This document shows positions 1 to 10,579 of a stretch of DNA of 64,000 nt, piece by piece. The DNA lies in contig CALXWC010000004.1 in NCBI GenBank assembly GCA_944392265.1, positions 3,983-67,982 of the forward strand, written 5' to 3'. A program made the translations under genes and the position numbers. Positions within the stretch are counted from its first letter, which is position 1. Every line of letters starts with the position of its first letter. The notes under the pieces are model-generated. The model was not told where the DNA came from and searched no databases. It worked only from the letters and a program-made list of their open reading frames with translations. Source of the DNA: an uncultured Alphaproteobacteria bacterium (GTDB taxonomy: Bacteria > Pseudomonadota > Alphaproteobacteria > RF32 > CAG-239).

Positions 1-2
1 TT

Positions 3-116
3 TTTAGCGATGCCGATAATCTGGAAAAAATTGAAAATAAACAAAATAAAATCAGATTATCTCAAAACGGGCCGATTTATGTTTCTCCATGGAAACCTAA
101 AAAAATAGGAAAATAA
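3..116 (+). CDS. 3' end of an upstream CDS (partial, product unknown)
   Basis: Frame is open from the window edge (...IRLSQNGPIYVSPWKPKKIGK*). TAA at 114-116 lies one nt before the ATG at 118, suggesting coupling. No start is in the window. Confidence 0.3.
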   Translation, partial: FSDADNLEKIENKQNKIRLSQNGPIYVSPWKPKKIGK

Positions 117-117
117 G

Positions 118-576
118 ATGAAATTTGCCACTTTATGTCTTTCTTTATGTCTTTTATTTGCTTGTTCTGCCGAAAAAAATCAGAATCCGCAAAGAGAATT
201 ATCCGAATTAATTATCGGCAGCGGCAACAAGGCTCAGACTTTTCAAGTGGAAACTGCCGTATCTGATGAAGATTTGGCAAGAGGCCTAATGTATCGCAAA
301 AAACTTGACGCCGACAAAGGTATGATTTTTATTTTTGAAACGCCAAGAAACACTGCTTTTTGGATGAAAAACACGTATATTCCTCTGGATATGATTTTTG
401 TAAATAAAGATTATAAAATCAGCGGAATTGTTGAAAATGTTGCGCCTTTGTCTGAAAAACTCATTTATTCTCCAAAACAGACCATTGCCGTTATAGAGCT
501 TAATGCCGGAACGGTCAGCAAAACAAATCTCCATAAAGGAATGAAAGTGCAACATTTTGCTTTAGGGCAAAATTAG
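118..576 (+). CDS. DUF192-family protein, probable lipoprotein
   Basis: 152-aa ORF. Signal peptide with lipobox-like LLFAC. Core GLMYRKKLDADKGMIFIF...FWMKNTYIPLDMIF matches the DUF192 signature as I recall it. Confidence 0.65.
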   Translation: MKFATLCLSLCLLFACSAEKNQNPQRELSELIIGSGNKAQTFQVETAVSDEDLARGLMYRKKLDADKGMIFIFETPRNTAFWMKNTYIPLDMIFVNKDYKISGIVENVAPLSEKLIYSPKQTIAVIELNAGTVSKTNLHKGMKVQHFALGQN

Positions 577-1446
577 CTCATATTTTTTAATGAAAGAAAC
601 CGGATTATATTCTTCCTTAGCACGTCTTAATCCGACTATGCCTAAATCTTGTTCTCTATTAACATATTGATAATTTGAAAAATTTTCTAATGTGAGACGA
701 TTTATGGCTGGATAAGAACCTCTGATGGCATATAATGCTTTTTCAAAATGAATAACAATGTGATTTTCATCTTGAACCTCACCTATGGTATAAGCCACTA
801 TATTTTCATCCACGCTCAGATAATAACCAAAAAGTTTTCCTTCTAAATATTGCCAATTGTTCAAAATCTTACAAACGGCGGTGTTTTCATGCTCCAGCAT
901 CAAATGTCTTTCAGAAACTTCAGGCTGCAACATCCATTGCTCTTGAAAAGTTTTTATTTTTTCAATGTCTTTGGTATGAATTTCTTTTAAGTTATAATTA
1001 TTATTTTGCAAAAACTGATTAGATAATTTGCGCTGATTGCGATATTTTTCTCCTTCAAGCGTGATTAAATCAGCAATTTGGTACAAATATTCCCAATTAT
1101 CTCTTTGCGTGTTATCTGAAAATATATTTTGATATGCCAAATTAATTTGTTTGAATAATGCCTCAGGAATTAAAGAAAATTTTTGTTTTTGCAAGCCATA
1201 ATCTTCAAAAATTTTTTTCCAGTTTTTATTTTGCCAAATTCCAAGCGGCGGACCATAAACATATTGACCGTTATCTTTTAGTTTTATCCAACAAAAATCT
1301 TTATCAAAAGCTATTTTTGCCTGATATTTATCACTCCAAGCCCACAGATTAACAAAAGATGTATCTGAACTTTTTTCCATGCAAAGTTCATAATATTTTT
1401 CATATTTTTCTTTATCTTCAAGTGTTAAGGGATGAAAGTCTAACAT
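562..1446 (-). CDS. DUF2156-like protein (resembles the C-terminal domain of phosphatidylglycerol lysyltransferases)
   Basis: 294-aa ORF. N-terminus FHPLTLEDKEKYEKYY...SDTSFVNLWAWSDKY is typical of DUF2156 proteins. Assignment is from memory of the family only. Confidence 0.5.
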   Translation of the reverse strand: MLDFHPLTLEDKEKYEKYYELCMEKSSDTSFVNLWAWSDKYQAKIAFDKDFCWIKLKDNGQYVYGPPLGIWQNKNWKKIFEDYGLQKQKFSLIPEALFKQINLAYQNIFSDNTQRDNWEYLYQIADLITLEGEKYRNQRKLSNQFLQNNNYNLKEIHTKDIEKIKTFQEQWMLQPEVSERHLMLEHENTAVCKILNNWQYLEGKLFGYYLSVDENIVAYTIGEVQDENHIVIHFEKALYAIRGSYPAINRLTLENFSNYQYVNREQDLGIVGLRRAKEEYNPVSFIKKYELILP

Positions 1447-1448
1447 TT

Positions 1449-1844
1449 TTAATTCTCAGGCAAGACGCAATCATCACCATTGAAGTTAAAGTTTACAACC
1501 TCACCTTCAGTAATGGTGAACGAGGTTTTGCAATAATAATTGGTATTTTGATTATCCCACAAACTTTCGCCAAAATTTTCTTGCGGAATTCCGTTATCAT
1601 CAACTCCAACACCGTTATATGGATTTGTTTCTCCGTTTATGGGTTTGTTGGAGCTTGTAACATAAGTTACAACCTTGGTTTCTTCATCAATTGACCAAAC
1701 AGAAGATGGTGTGCCCCAAGAATCATATAAGCTGATTTCAGGCATACCAACCCATTGTTGTAAGTTTTCCTGATATGAGATTGCTCCATTGGTATGAGAA
1801 CAAGAAGCCGTTAAAAACATTAAGAAAAAGATTGTTTTTTTCAT
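1449..1844 (-). CDS. hypothetical lipoprotein
   Basis: 131-aa ORF. N-terminus MKKTIFFLMFLTASCSH has a signal peptide with Cys. Its stop is 2 nt from the next gene's start. Confidence 0.55.
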   Translation of the reverse strand: MKKTIFFLMFLTASCSHTNGAISYQENLQQWVGMPEISLYDSWGTPSSVWSIDEETKVVTYVTSSNKPINGETNPYNGVGVDDNGIPQENFGESLWDNQNTNYYCKTSFTITEGEVVNFNFNGDDCVLPEN

Positions 1845-1906
1845 TTGTGTTCTCCTTTTTTAATCTCCAATACTTCATACATAAGAGCAAAAATGGTTAA
1901 TTCAAC

Positions 1907-3214
1907 CTAATTTAATAATTTTACTTCCATTCGATTATTGAGTTTGGCTAAATTAACATCATCTATTTTTGCTAAAACAAGCTGATAATTATCATGATTT
2001 TCAACAGATAAGACCAAAGCGTTTTGATGCAACCAAGCTAATTCCTTACCGTTTTCTGACGGAATTTTAACTGATATTTGCTGATATGAGGATGATAACT
2101 TATCATCAACCATTTGCAAAAATTTATCGCATCCTTCTTTGGTAATTGCCGATGTTGGAATGATATAGGAAAATCGCATGGCATTTGAGTTGACGTAGTT
2201 TTTCATATCTTCATCTAATACATCAACTTTGTTCCATAATTCTATGTAATTGCTTTTTGTTTCTATTTCACTCAACCCGAGATGATGCAACACTTGCAAC
2301 ACATCTTGCTTTTGTTGTTGATGGTTTGAATTGGCTAAATCGCAAACATGAACCACAATATCTGCGGCCAAAACTTCTTCTAACGTGGCTCTGAAAGCCA
2401 TCACCAACTCGTGCGGTAAATCTGAAATAAAACCAACCGTATCTGATAAAATTACTTCTTTTCCGGATGGAAGCCTTATTTTTCTCATGGTTGGGTCAAG
2501 TGTGGCAAAAAGCAAATCTTTTGCAAAAACATTGGCTTTGGTTAATAAATTAAACAAGCTTGATTTGCCCGCGTTGGTATATCCCACAAAAGCCACAATC
2601 GGATATGGCACTTTTTTTCTGGCACCTCGTTGCAACTCTCGGGTCTTTTTTACCTTTTCCAAATCTTTTTTAATTTGAACGATTTTATCATCAATAATAC
2701 GACGATCCAACTCGATTTGAGTTTCTCCGGGGCCGCCTAAAAATCCGGCACCGCCACGTTGTCTTTCCAAGTGGGTCCAGCTTCTGACCAAACGACTTCT
2801 TTGGTAGGTTAAATGCGCTAGTTCTACCTGAAGTTTACCCTCTTTGGTTTTGGCTCTTTCGCCAAAAATTTCTAAAATCAGTGCTGTTCGGTCTATGATT
2901 TTTATTTTTAGCTTTTTTTCCAGATTGCGTTGTTGTATTGGAGATAAATTTGTATCCACTATCAGCAACTCAATCTCATTTTCAGATAAAATTGTTGCTA
3001 ATTCTTCTAAAAAACCATTACCGAAAAAAATAGCAGGCTTAATCTCCCTCACCTTAACAATAGCTTGATATTTGATATCTAAATCTATTGCCTCGGCTAA
3101 GCGAACGGCCTCTTCCAACCTGCAATCTGCAGATAAAGAAAATTCACGTCCCTGCACTTGAGGAAAAACTACGCCTGCTTTGATTTTCTGATATTTTTTC
3201 TTGTTTTCAGACAA
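1907..3214 (-). CDS. hflX: GTPase HflX
   Basis: 435 aa. G1 motif GYTNAGKSSLFN and G3 motif DTVGF. HflX N-terminal domain present. Lies immediately downstream of hfq. Confidence 0.9.
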   Translation of the reverse strand: MSENKKKYQKIKAGVVFPQVQGREFSLSADCRLEEAVRLAEAIDLDIKYQAIVKVREIKPAIFFGNGFLEELATILSENEIELLIVDTNLSPIQQRNLEKKLKIKIIDRTALILEIFGERAKTKEGKLQVELAHLTYQRSRLVRSWTHLERQRGGAGFLGGPGETQIELDRRIIDDKIVQIKKDLEKVKKTRELQRGARKKVPYPIVAFVGYTNAGKSSLFNLLTKANVFAKDLLFATLDPTMRKIRLPSGKEVILSDTVGFISDLPHELVMAFRATLEEVLAADIVVHVCDLANSNHQQQKQDVLQVLHHLGLSEIETKSNYIELWNKVDVLDEDMKNYVNSNAMRFSYIIPTSAITKEGCDKFLQMVDDKLSSSYQQISVKIPSENGKELAWLHQNALVLSVENHDNYQLVLAKIDDVNLAKLNNRMEVKLLN

Positions 3215-3220
3215 AATTAT

Positions 3221-3457
3221 CTATTCTTCCGCAGATGTTTCATCAACTTCAAAATCTATGGCCGAACTTGGCATAATGGTTGAAATTGCGTGTTTGTAAA
3301 TCAATTGTGTGTGACCATCTCTGCGCAATAATAATGAAAAACTATCAAACCAAGTAATAATACCTTGGAGCTTTACTCCGTTTACCAAAAAAACCGTTAC
3401 CGATACTTTATTTTGACGAAGATTATTTAAGAAATCATCTTGAACGTTTTGAGACAT
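3221..3457 (-). CDS. hfq: RNA chaperone Hfq
   Basis: 78 aa. Sm1/Sm2 motifs [13 protein letters not shown]...[10 protein letters not shown]. Confidence 0.95.
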   Translation of the reverse strand: MSQNVQDDFLNNLRQNKVSVTVFLVNGVKLQGIITWFDSFSLLLRRDGHTQLIYKHAISTIMPSSAIDFEVDETSAEE

Positions 3458-3560
3458 ATCTTTATCCCTTTTATTAGTTATTATTATAATTTTTAATATT
3501 AATCATATTTTTTTATTAGTAAAGCATAGATTGAAAAAATGAGCACAATTCTATTCTCAA

Positions 3561-4919
3561 TTAATCAAAAATATTCTCTAACTTTTTGATTCCGGCTGAA
3601 AAGACGTAAAAGACCAAAATATCTCCGTTTTGAATTTCTTCAAGCTCAGACGGAAAGATAATTTCATCTTCTCTTGATATTGCGCAAACCTTACTGCTTG
3701 CCGGTAAATCTAGACTCTTAATTGTTTTGCCAACCAAGCGAGAACCTTCTGCAACGGGAACCTCCCAAATTTCGGCAAAACCTCTACCCAAAGAAAATGC
3801 TTTTTTAACTTCAGGACAACGCAATTCACACAATATTTTTGAGATGGTTACAGATGTGCGGTCCACTAAAATGTTTTCATCAACAATATCCACTAAGTTA
3901 TTGTAAAATGGAGAGTTAACCAAAGAAATATTGTTTTTAACGCCACATTTTTTAGACAACATGGATGATAAAATATTATCTTCATCTTTCAAGGTGACGG
4001 CAACAGAGACATCTGCATTATAAATACCAGCCTCACTTAAAATTTTGTCACTCATCATTTGTCCTTGCAAAACTACCGTATTGTCTAAAGATTTGGCAAT
4101 TTGCATGGCTTTTTCATAATCTTCTTCAATGATTTTGCAGCTAATGATGTTGTCATCTTGTTCACAAAGCCCTGCAATGCATTTAGAAACTTCATTGCCG
4201 CCAAAGACAACGACTCTCTCTATGGCTGAATTTTCTGCTCCGAAAGCAGACATTGTTGCATTAATTTTTTCGGCAGGAATTAAAGCATAAATTTCATCTT
4301 TTGCCTCAATTACATCATTTTTATACGGAATAAAAATATTGTTTTTACGGTTTATGCAAACAATTTCCACTTCCAAACTTTCATCAACCTGTGTGAGATT
4401 TAGGAGCGGAACTTTTACAAACGGGCTCTTTTCCGGAATTTTGAACGCAACCAAATATAATCTGTTGTTTAATAACGTTCTTACCTCAGAACTGCCCGGA
4501 ATTTTTAACATACTATATATATATTTGCCGATTTCTTCTTCCGGAGATATAATTAAATCAACCGGAATATGCTCATCTTTATATAAATTAGCCCACAACG
4601 GATTTAAAAACTCAGAAGAATTTAATCTGGCAATTTTTCTTGGAACTTCAAACAAGCTATGCGCCACGTTACATGCTGTTAAGTTTACTTCATCATTATC
4701 TGTTGCCGCAATTAAGAGCTGAGTTTTCTTGGCATCGGCTTTTTCTAAAACGCTTGGGTGCGATGCAGAGCCTAAAATCGGCAAAACTTCAAATTCTTGT
4801 GCTAAATCTTCCAATCTTTTCGGATTATTGTCTATAACAACAATATCATTATTACCTTTAACAAGGTAGCTTACAATACTTCTGCCTACGGCACCTGCCC
4901 CACAAACGATAATCTTCAT
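3561..4919 (-). CDS. trkA: Trk potassium uptake system NAD-binding subunit TrkA
   Basis: 452 aa. N-terminal Rossmann motif MKIIVCGAGAVGRS. Duplicated RCK architecture and a length typical of TrkA. Confidence 0.85.
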   Translation of the reverse strand: MKIIVCGAGAVGRSIVSYLVKGNNDIVVIDNNPKRLEDLAQEFEVLPILGSASHPSVLEKADAKKTQLLIAATDNDEVNLTACNVAHSLFEVPRKIARLNSSEFLNPLWANLYKDEHIPVDLIISPEEEIGKYIYSMLKIPGSSEVRTLLNNRLYLVAFKIPEKSPFVKVPLLNLTQVDESLEVEIVCINRKNNIFIPYKNDVIEAKDEIYALIPAEKINATMSAFGAENSAIERVVVFGGNEVSKCIAGLCEQDDNIISCKIIEEDYEKAMQIAKSLDNTVVLQGQMMSDKILSEAGIYNADVSVAVTLKDEDNILSSMLSKKCGVKNNISLVNSPFYNNLVDIVDENILVDRTSVTISKILCELRCPEVKKAFSLGRGFAEIWEVPVAEGSRLVGKTIKSLDLPASSKVCAISREDEIIFPSELEEIQNGDILVFYVFSAGIKKLENIFD

Positions 4920-4922
4920 TAT

Positions 4923-5891
4923 TTATCCTTCTTCAGACAAACTGTCAAAATAACGATTTATTTCAGCCAAAGCATCCGGAAAATTATTTATTCTTACATA
5001 ATTTTCTCTGAACTTTCTGGCATCTCGGCAATTTTTGCAATACCAACAAACATATTTTCTGGAAATGCCTATTGCCAATCTTTCTCCATAATATTCCACC
5101 AAAGCTTTAATATGTGTTAATAAAGCCTCTTTTACAGTGTTTTTTAATATGGGTTCAGGCTCTGCCCCGTTTTCCAAATAATTATGAATTTGAGATATTA
5201 TCCACGGAGCACCTAGTGCAGCCCTTCCAACCATAACGGCATCTACCCCTGTTTCATCAATCATCTTTTTTGCGTCATAAGCATTACATATATCACCATT
5301 TCCTATAACGGGAATTTTAACAGCTGATTTAACATCGGCAATTGTCTTCCAATCAGCAACACCTGAATAAAAATCGCTTCTGGTTCTGCCATGAATTGTA
5401 ATGTAAGAGGCTCCGGCTTGTTCACACATTTTGGCAAAGTCAACGGCATTTTCCGTATTATGATCCCAACCTTTTCTAAACTTAACGCTCACCGGTAATT
5501 TGCTGGAATTAACCGCTGTTTTAATAATTTGCTCGGCTCTTTTCATATCTTTCATTAAATATGAACCCGAATTGTTGTTTACAATCTTTTTAACAGGACA
5601 CCCCATATTAATATCTATTGAGCAAGCGCCTAATTCTTCTACAAAAGGACAAACTTCGGCAAACAGTTCAGGCTCGCCTCCAACCAATTGCACAACAACG
5701 GGATAAGCTTCATCCTTAACATCCGCAATTTTATAACTTTTGGGATTTTTTCTTTGAATGGCATTAATTGCCACCATTTCTGAAACCATTTGTCCCTGAC
5801 CAAAACTTTTTACCAATTGTCTCATTGGTTTATCCGTTATTCCGGCCATGGGCGCTAAAAAAACTTTACTGTCAAAATTTAATATTTTCAT
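4923..5891 (-). CDS. dusB: tRNA-dihydrouridine synthase (DusB/NifR3 type)
   Basis: 322 aa. FLAPMAGITDKPMR and NMGCPVKKI catalytic Cys motif. TIM-barrel Dus family. Confidence 0.85.
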   Translation of the reverse strand: MKILNFDSKVFLAPMAGITDKPMRQLVKSFGQGQMVSEMVAINAIQRKNPKSYKIADVKDEAYPVVVQLVGGEPELFAEVCPFVEELGACSIDINMGCPVKKIVNNNSGSYLMKDMKRAEQIIKTAVNSSKLPVSVKFRKGWDHNTENAVDFAKMCEQAGASYITIHGRTRSDFYSGVADWKTIADVKSAVKIPVIGNGDICNAYDAKKMIDETGVDAVMVGRAALGAPWIISQIHNYLENGAEPEPILKNTVKEALLTHIKALVEYYGERLAIGISRKYVCWYCKNCRDARKFRENYVRINNFPDALAEINRYFDSLSEEG

Positions 5892-6316
5892 TATACCTTA
5901 TAATCAAAACTTTGGTTATTTTTATACATAAATTCGATGGTTGTTTGGGGTTCTTTATTCATTTGGGCGGCGAACTTATATAAGTTTGAAACATATTCGC
6001 TCAAATATAATGTATCACTTGAACTTATCTGTCCAACATTTTGTATTTTGTCAATATTTTCGATATTTATTCCATTTTTAGGAAAAATTATGTCATTTTC
6101 CTTTAAATGATGAATATCTGCTATAACTTGTGGCGATAACTTATTGATGCCATATGAAAATTTTGTCCAATTAGTCTCTTTTTGCCACTCTTGCCTTTCT
6201 GCAAAATCGACACCCTCTTTCAAAGCGCGTTTTTCTTTTATCGCCTTAACAGAATCTTCTATCTGTATGTTCAGATAAGAATATATGCTTTGTTGTTGTG
6301 CCGATATTGCAGACAT
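5891..6316 (-). CDS. hypothetical protein
   Basis: 141-aa ORF. Its stop overlaps the dusB start by 1 nt. No recognisable motif. Confidence 0.45.
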   Translation of the reverse strand: MSAISAQQQSIYSYLNIQIEDSVKAIKEKRALKEGVDFAERQEWQKETNWTKFSYGINKLSPQVIADIHHLKENDIIFPKNGINIENIDKIQNVGQISSSDTLYLSEYVSNLYKFAAQMNKEPQTTIEFMYKNNQSFDYKV

Positions 6317-6331
6317 TGCTTACCTTATTTT

Positions 6332-9300
6332 CTAATTTAATTTATCTAAGGCTTTTGCCAATATGTAGTAAATCTTACCAATATCAGCTCCTGAAATCAC
6401 GGAAAGCAAAATTCCGGCTTGTTCATTGCCTCTGGCTCTGGTGATAAGAGTTTCAAAGTCAGATAAATATTTGGTAACTAAGGTTCTGAATTCCATATTC
6501 TTTTCATAGAGCTTTTTAATGTCCAAAATTTGTTGTTTGGTCATATTTTTAGCTAAATAGCGTACAAATGCTCCGGTATCACCATTATAATACTTCTTCC
6601 AGATTTCTTCTTCAGCCGTAGGATTGAATATTCTGTTAATGTCAACAGAAACTGTTTCCAATCTTTCAATAATCTGTCCGGCATCTTTCAAAAACGTATC
6701 AATTTGGGTTTCTTTATATCTGTTTTCCAAATCGGTGATATTTTTTTCTGCCTTTTGCGCTGCATCGGTTACAGCTTTTAACTGTTTGCCTACCACTTCA
6801 TTAAAGGCAATTGTCTTTTTAACCAACTCATCTCCGTGCAAAGAAAAGTCTGAGCTTGTATCATTTAATACATTCATAACATCAGACACTTTCTTTAAGG
6901 TATCATCACCGGCGGCAATCAACACACCGCTTTGTTTCAAGAATACCTCACCTGATGTTCTGATTTCATTGGATATTCTTTCTGCATTAGAGGCAATTTC
7001 GGTGATGGTTGCACGTAATTTATTGCCTGAATTTTCAAAATGAGTAGCCGTAATTTTTGAGGCTTCTTCCATTTGCAGGCTCAGAGTTTTTAAGTTTTCT
7101 CCCAAACCCTTAACCTTTTCATAAGCCATATTCGCACGGTTTGATAATTGAACAGATGTATCGTTTAATACTGTATTAAAGCATTCAACCAACTCTTTAG
7201 TGTCTTCTGAAATCTTTATCATCTTATCGCTTTGTGCGGTTATAAGATTATTGATTTCAAACACACCGCTGCTGGCTTCAGCCGTTACGGTATTAAAGTT
7301 TGCAATGTATTTTTCATAATTCTCCATTGCCGTGGCAATCTTAGCACTGGATTTGTTAATGCTTACGCCCATATCGTCAACCAACTGACCTAATGAAATG
7401 TTCATTTGTTCAACGTTCTTGATTGAATCTTTAGAAGACTTGTTAACGTCTTCATTTATCTTCAATAATCTGTCGCCCAAAACATTAAATTCATAAGCAA
7501 TTTTTGAGGAGTTTTCTAATACACTTTCTGTACTGCTCTTGAACTGATTATTGATTTCATTCATCTTGTTAGAAATTTCAACAGAAGCATCTGTCAAATA
7601 TTTATATTGTTGAGCCAAAGAAGATTCACCCAAACGAGTTTGTGTGGCAACCGTGTTGGCAATATCTGTTAATGTTTCGGTTTGTTTTTCAAAACTTTCT
7701 TTAATTAAATCTGATTGAGCAATGGTTTTGTTCAAAAATTCATTAAAATTCTGAGACTGAGAATCTAACATGGAGATTGTATTTTTACTCTCTTGAACCA
7801 TGTTTTGATTTGCTATATTAATTTTTTCGCAATTAGCCATTATAGCAGAAGTGAAATCATCAGAACTCAAGGTCAAACCTTTAACCGAATTATTAAAGTT
7901 TTCAAAATTATATCTGAAGGCTTCAGATATTTGAGACATTTTATCGGTAATTTCTTGAATGAAACTGTTCACCTCATTATTTTGTGCGGCAATTGATTCA
8001 TTAACTTCTGCCAATTTATCAATTGATTTTACGGTTTTGGCAACAAAAGAATCAACGCGTTTATCTACATCTTCATCCAACAATGTCATTCTTGCAAAAA
8101 CTTTATCTGCGCTTTGTTCAATGATAGAAACTTGTTTTTTCAATGTGTTACCCATGTTATCCGTATTTTCGGTCAAACGGTCACAAATGTTGAAAAACTC
8201 ATTTTCTTGTTGTTTGAAGAGCAAGCTTATGTTTTCAGCTTTTTCATCTAAGGTTTGAACGACATCAGCCACATGTTTTATTGTAGCCTCGGCAGCTTTG
8301 TTCAAGCTTTCATTTTGCTCAGCAAAAGAAGAACTCAAACGTTCTACCGCTGTTTCTGAATTTGCCGTGGCAATATTAACATTAGCAGCATGTTTTTCTA
8401 AGTTTTCAGCAACGGTTATTGAACGTTGAGCCACAACATCAGTTAATTTTTCAATTTCTTTAGATTGTGTTGTTAAAATGCTTTCCATGCGTGCAACTTT
8501 ACCCAAAGCTTGGTCTGCCGTTGCATCAAAATTATGAGCTTGTTCGCTCAAGCTTACGTTAACTTCTTGAGCTTTGCTTACAGCCTTGTTGCAAACGTCA
8601 AATGTTTCGGCAAGTTGTTTTTTCAACTGTTCTACCGTATTGTTTGACTCATGGCTCAAGAACAAAGATGTTCTGGTCAACTCATCAATTTGATATTTAA
8701 GTTCAGCCTTAATTCCATCGATCTTGTTAATTGTTTCTTCAATGTTATTTTGTTGTTGAATAAAGGCACTCTCACCAACCTTGCTTTGAGCAACAACCAA
8801 TGAAGCGGCTTCGTTCAAGTTATCAGTATTCTTCTTAACAACACCACTAACATCTTCTAACTTAGCTTTGGCCAAATCTGTTTGTTCTTGAAGAGTATGA
8901 ACACTATTTTTGAAGTCTTGTAACAATAACTTGAAGTTGAGCATAATACTATCGCTGATTTTGACCAAATCTTCATGTTTTTTGTTAATATCTTCGTGTA
9001 TGCTGTTTGTATTGTTAAAGTATTGTTCAGAAAGAGCAGACATTTTATTGTTGCTTTCTTCGCTCATCAAAACAACATCTGTCATATTCTTAATTATTCC
9101 GGCAGATGTTCCAGAGATGTTGTCGGCACTCTTATTTAAGTTATTTTCAACAGCTTTAACATCTGAAGTAATCTTGTCTGATAAGCCTTGGAGGTTTTGA
9201 ACCTGAATGGCAATTGTTTCATCTATCAAGTTTGCTCTTGAAACAATCTTGTCTACTTCAGCGCTTAATTGACGATTGTGAGTATTAAACTTATCAGTCA

Positions 9301-10579
9301 AGTCATTAGAGAAATCATCTAATCCGGACATATAATTATCAATTGTCGCTTTTTGGTTTTCAAAAATCTCACTCACCTCACCAATGCTTCCGTTAACAAC
9401 TTGTTTTATATTATTAACATATTGGGCAATTTGGTTGTTTTGAGATTGGAAATCCATGTCTAAATGGCTAATGTTTGTCTTAATTTGATCTGAAATGCGG
9501 TTCAAATGATTTTCAACAGACACACTCTGATTAACCATAACATCGTCAATTTTATGAACGCTGGCATCAATTTTTTGGGTAATCTTATCTAATTGGGAAT
9601 CCATATTCTCAGATTGAGTATTCAAAGCGCCGTCAATTTCAACAATCTTGTTGTTAATTTTTTCAGCAATCACATCACAAGCGTTTACAACATTTTGCAC
9701 GGTTTGATCCAATTTATTGGTCTGACTATCCAACAACTCAGCCACACCAGAAACACTTTTAACAGTCATATTGCCAAAATCAGCCAAAGTTTGGTTGGCT
9801 TTATTCATTTTGGCAGTATTTTCTTCAACCATTGACTTAAATAATTCGCTTGATTTTTGCAACTCACTGATATTGGGGATAATTTTATCAAACAAAACTT
9901 GGCAATTTTGTTGCATATTTTCAGCAGATACGGAAAAATCGCTCACATACCCTTTGAAAGCATCTGATGAAGATTGAGCTTTGTTGGCAACATAATCAAA
10001 ATTTTGAACAAGTGTTTTAACACCTTCGGTTAACTCTACAATTGTGTGGGAAGAATAATTATCTAGTGAGGCAACGAGTTTTGCAAAATCATTAACTCGT
10101 GCACTTAATTCTTGTTTAATGATATCTGTTTGTTGCATGGCATGTTTGGTTACTTCTTGCAACTCAACAACTTGGGAACGAATGGCATCTGCCATGGCTT
10201 TGGCGGTTTGGGCGCCGCCTTCTTCGGGATATACCAATTGGTTCATGTAAGCACGCAAAAACTTTGCCTCGTTCTTAAAGCTTGTACCTCTGTCAATATA
10301 AGCCATTACGACCCAAATAATGGCCAAAGGTAAAGTTACACCGGCTAAGAATCCACCAAATTCGTCCGGCATCATTAAAAACAAGTTTGACCAACCAAAA
10401 AACTGGGTAATGTATATCAAAACAATGATAAACCATAATACGGATATACCTATCATCAAGCGAGTCAGGTTGTTGGCCAGCCAAGTTGATGATGCGTTTT
10501 CTTCTTTATAATCAACAACAGTGTTTTCAGACATAAATTTTGGCAAAGAAGGTTGTGCCTTAGGTCTTTGATTTGACAT
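6332..10579 (-). CDS. giant membrane-anchored coiled-coil protein (unknown function)
   Basis: Uninterrupted ORF of 1437 aa to 10645. ATG at 10579 (MSNQRPKAQ...) has an upstream GGGA; the ORF track starts at GTG 10645. Two N-terminal hydrophobic helices (LMIGISVLWFIIVLIYITQFFGW and FLAGVTLPLAIIWVVMAYI). About 1200 aa are rich in N, Q, S, E and K and look helical. A distinct C-terminal region of about 110 aa follows. Confidence 0.8.
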   Translation of the reverse strand: MSNQRPKAQPSLPKFMSENTVVDYKEENASSTWLANNLTRLMIGISVLWFIIVLIYITQFFGWSNLFLMMPDEFGGFLAGVTLPLAIIWVVMAYIDRGTSFKNEAKFLRAYMNQLVYPEEGGAQTAKAMADAIRSQVVELQEVTKHAMQQTDIIKQELSARVNDFAKLVASLDNYSSHTIVELTEGVKTLVQNFDYVANKAQSSSDAFKGYVSDFSVSAENMQQNCQVLFDKIIPNISELQKSSELFKSMVEENTAKMNKANQTLADFGNMTVKSVSGVAELLDSQTNKLDQTVQNVVNACDVIAEKINNKIVEIDGALNTQSENMDSQLDKITQKIDASVHKIDDVMVNQSVSVENHLNRISDQIKTNISHLDMDFQSQNNQIAQYVNNIKQVVNGSIGEVSEIFENQKATIDNYMSGLDDFSNDLTDKFNTHNRQLSAEVDKIVSRANLIDETIAIQVQNLQGLSDKITSDVKAVENNLNKSADNISGTSAGIIKNMTDVVLMSEESNNKMSALSEQYFNNTNSIHEDINKKHEDLVKISDSIMLNFKLLLQDFKNSVHTLQEQTDLAKAKLEDVSGVVKKNTDNLNEAASLVVAQSKVGESAFIQQQNNIEETINKIDGIKAELKYQIDELTRTSLFLSHESNNTVEQLKKQLAETFDVCNKAVSKAQEVNVSLSEQAHNFDATADQALGKVARMESILTTQSKEIEKLTDVVAQRSITVAENLEKHAANVNIATANSETAVERLSSSFAEQNESLNKAAEATIKHVADVVQTLDEKAENISLLFKQQENEFFNICDRLTENTDNMGNTLKKQVSIIEQSADKVFARMTLLDEDVDKRVDSFVAKTVKSIDKLAEVNESIAAQNNEVNSFIQEITDKMSQISEAFRYNFENFNNSVKGLTLSSDDFTSAIMANCEKINIANQNMVQESKNTISMLDSQSQNFNEFLNKTIAQSDLIKESFEKQTETLTDIANTVATQTRLGESSLAQQYKYLTDASVEISNKMNEINNQFKSSTESVLENSSKIAYEFNVLGDRLLKINEDVNKSSKDSIKNVEQMNISLGQLVDDMGVSINKSSAKIATAMENYEKYIANFNTVTAEASSGVFEINNLITAQSDKMIKISEDTKELVECFNTVLNDTSVQLSNRANMAYEKVKGLGENLKTLSLQMEEASKITATHFENSGNKLRATITEIASNAERISNEIRTSGEVFLKQSGVLIAAGDDTLKKVSDVMNVLNDTSSDFSLHGDELVKKTIAFNEVVGKQLKAVTDAAQKAEKNITDLENRYKETQIDTFLKDAGQIIERLETVSVDINRIFNPTAEEEIWKKYYNGDTGAFVRYLAKNMTKQQILDIKKLYEKNMEFRTLVTKYLSDFETLITRARGNEQAGILLSVISGADIGKIYYILAKALDKLN

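Noticed and set aside
286-555. 89-aa antisense ORF inside the DUF192 gene. It stands for the many similar shadow ORFs in the track (e.g. 2385-2678, 4339-4722, 6624-7043, 7959-8258, 8910-9200, 11708-11953, 18700-18933, 21124-21498, 22383-22712, 35576-35992, 41122-41487, 42499-42828, 44736-45008, 57377-57637, 62580-63047, 63459-63935)
   Set aside because: Each lies entirely within, and antisense or out of frame to, a longer ORF with clear family motifs. Their low-complexity, hydrophobic or Phe/Leu/Ser-rich translations are typical of AT-rich shadow frames.
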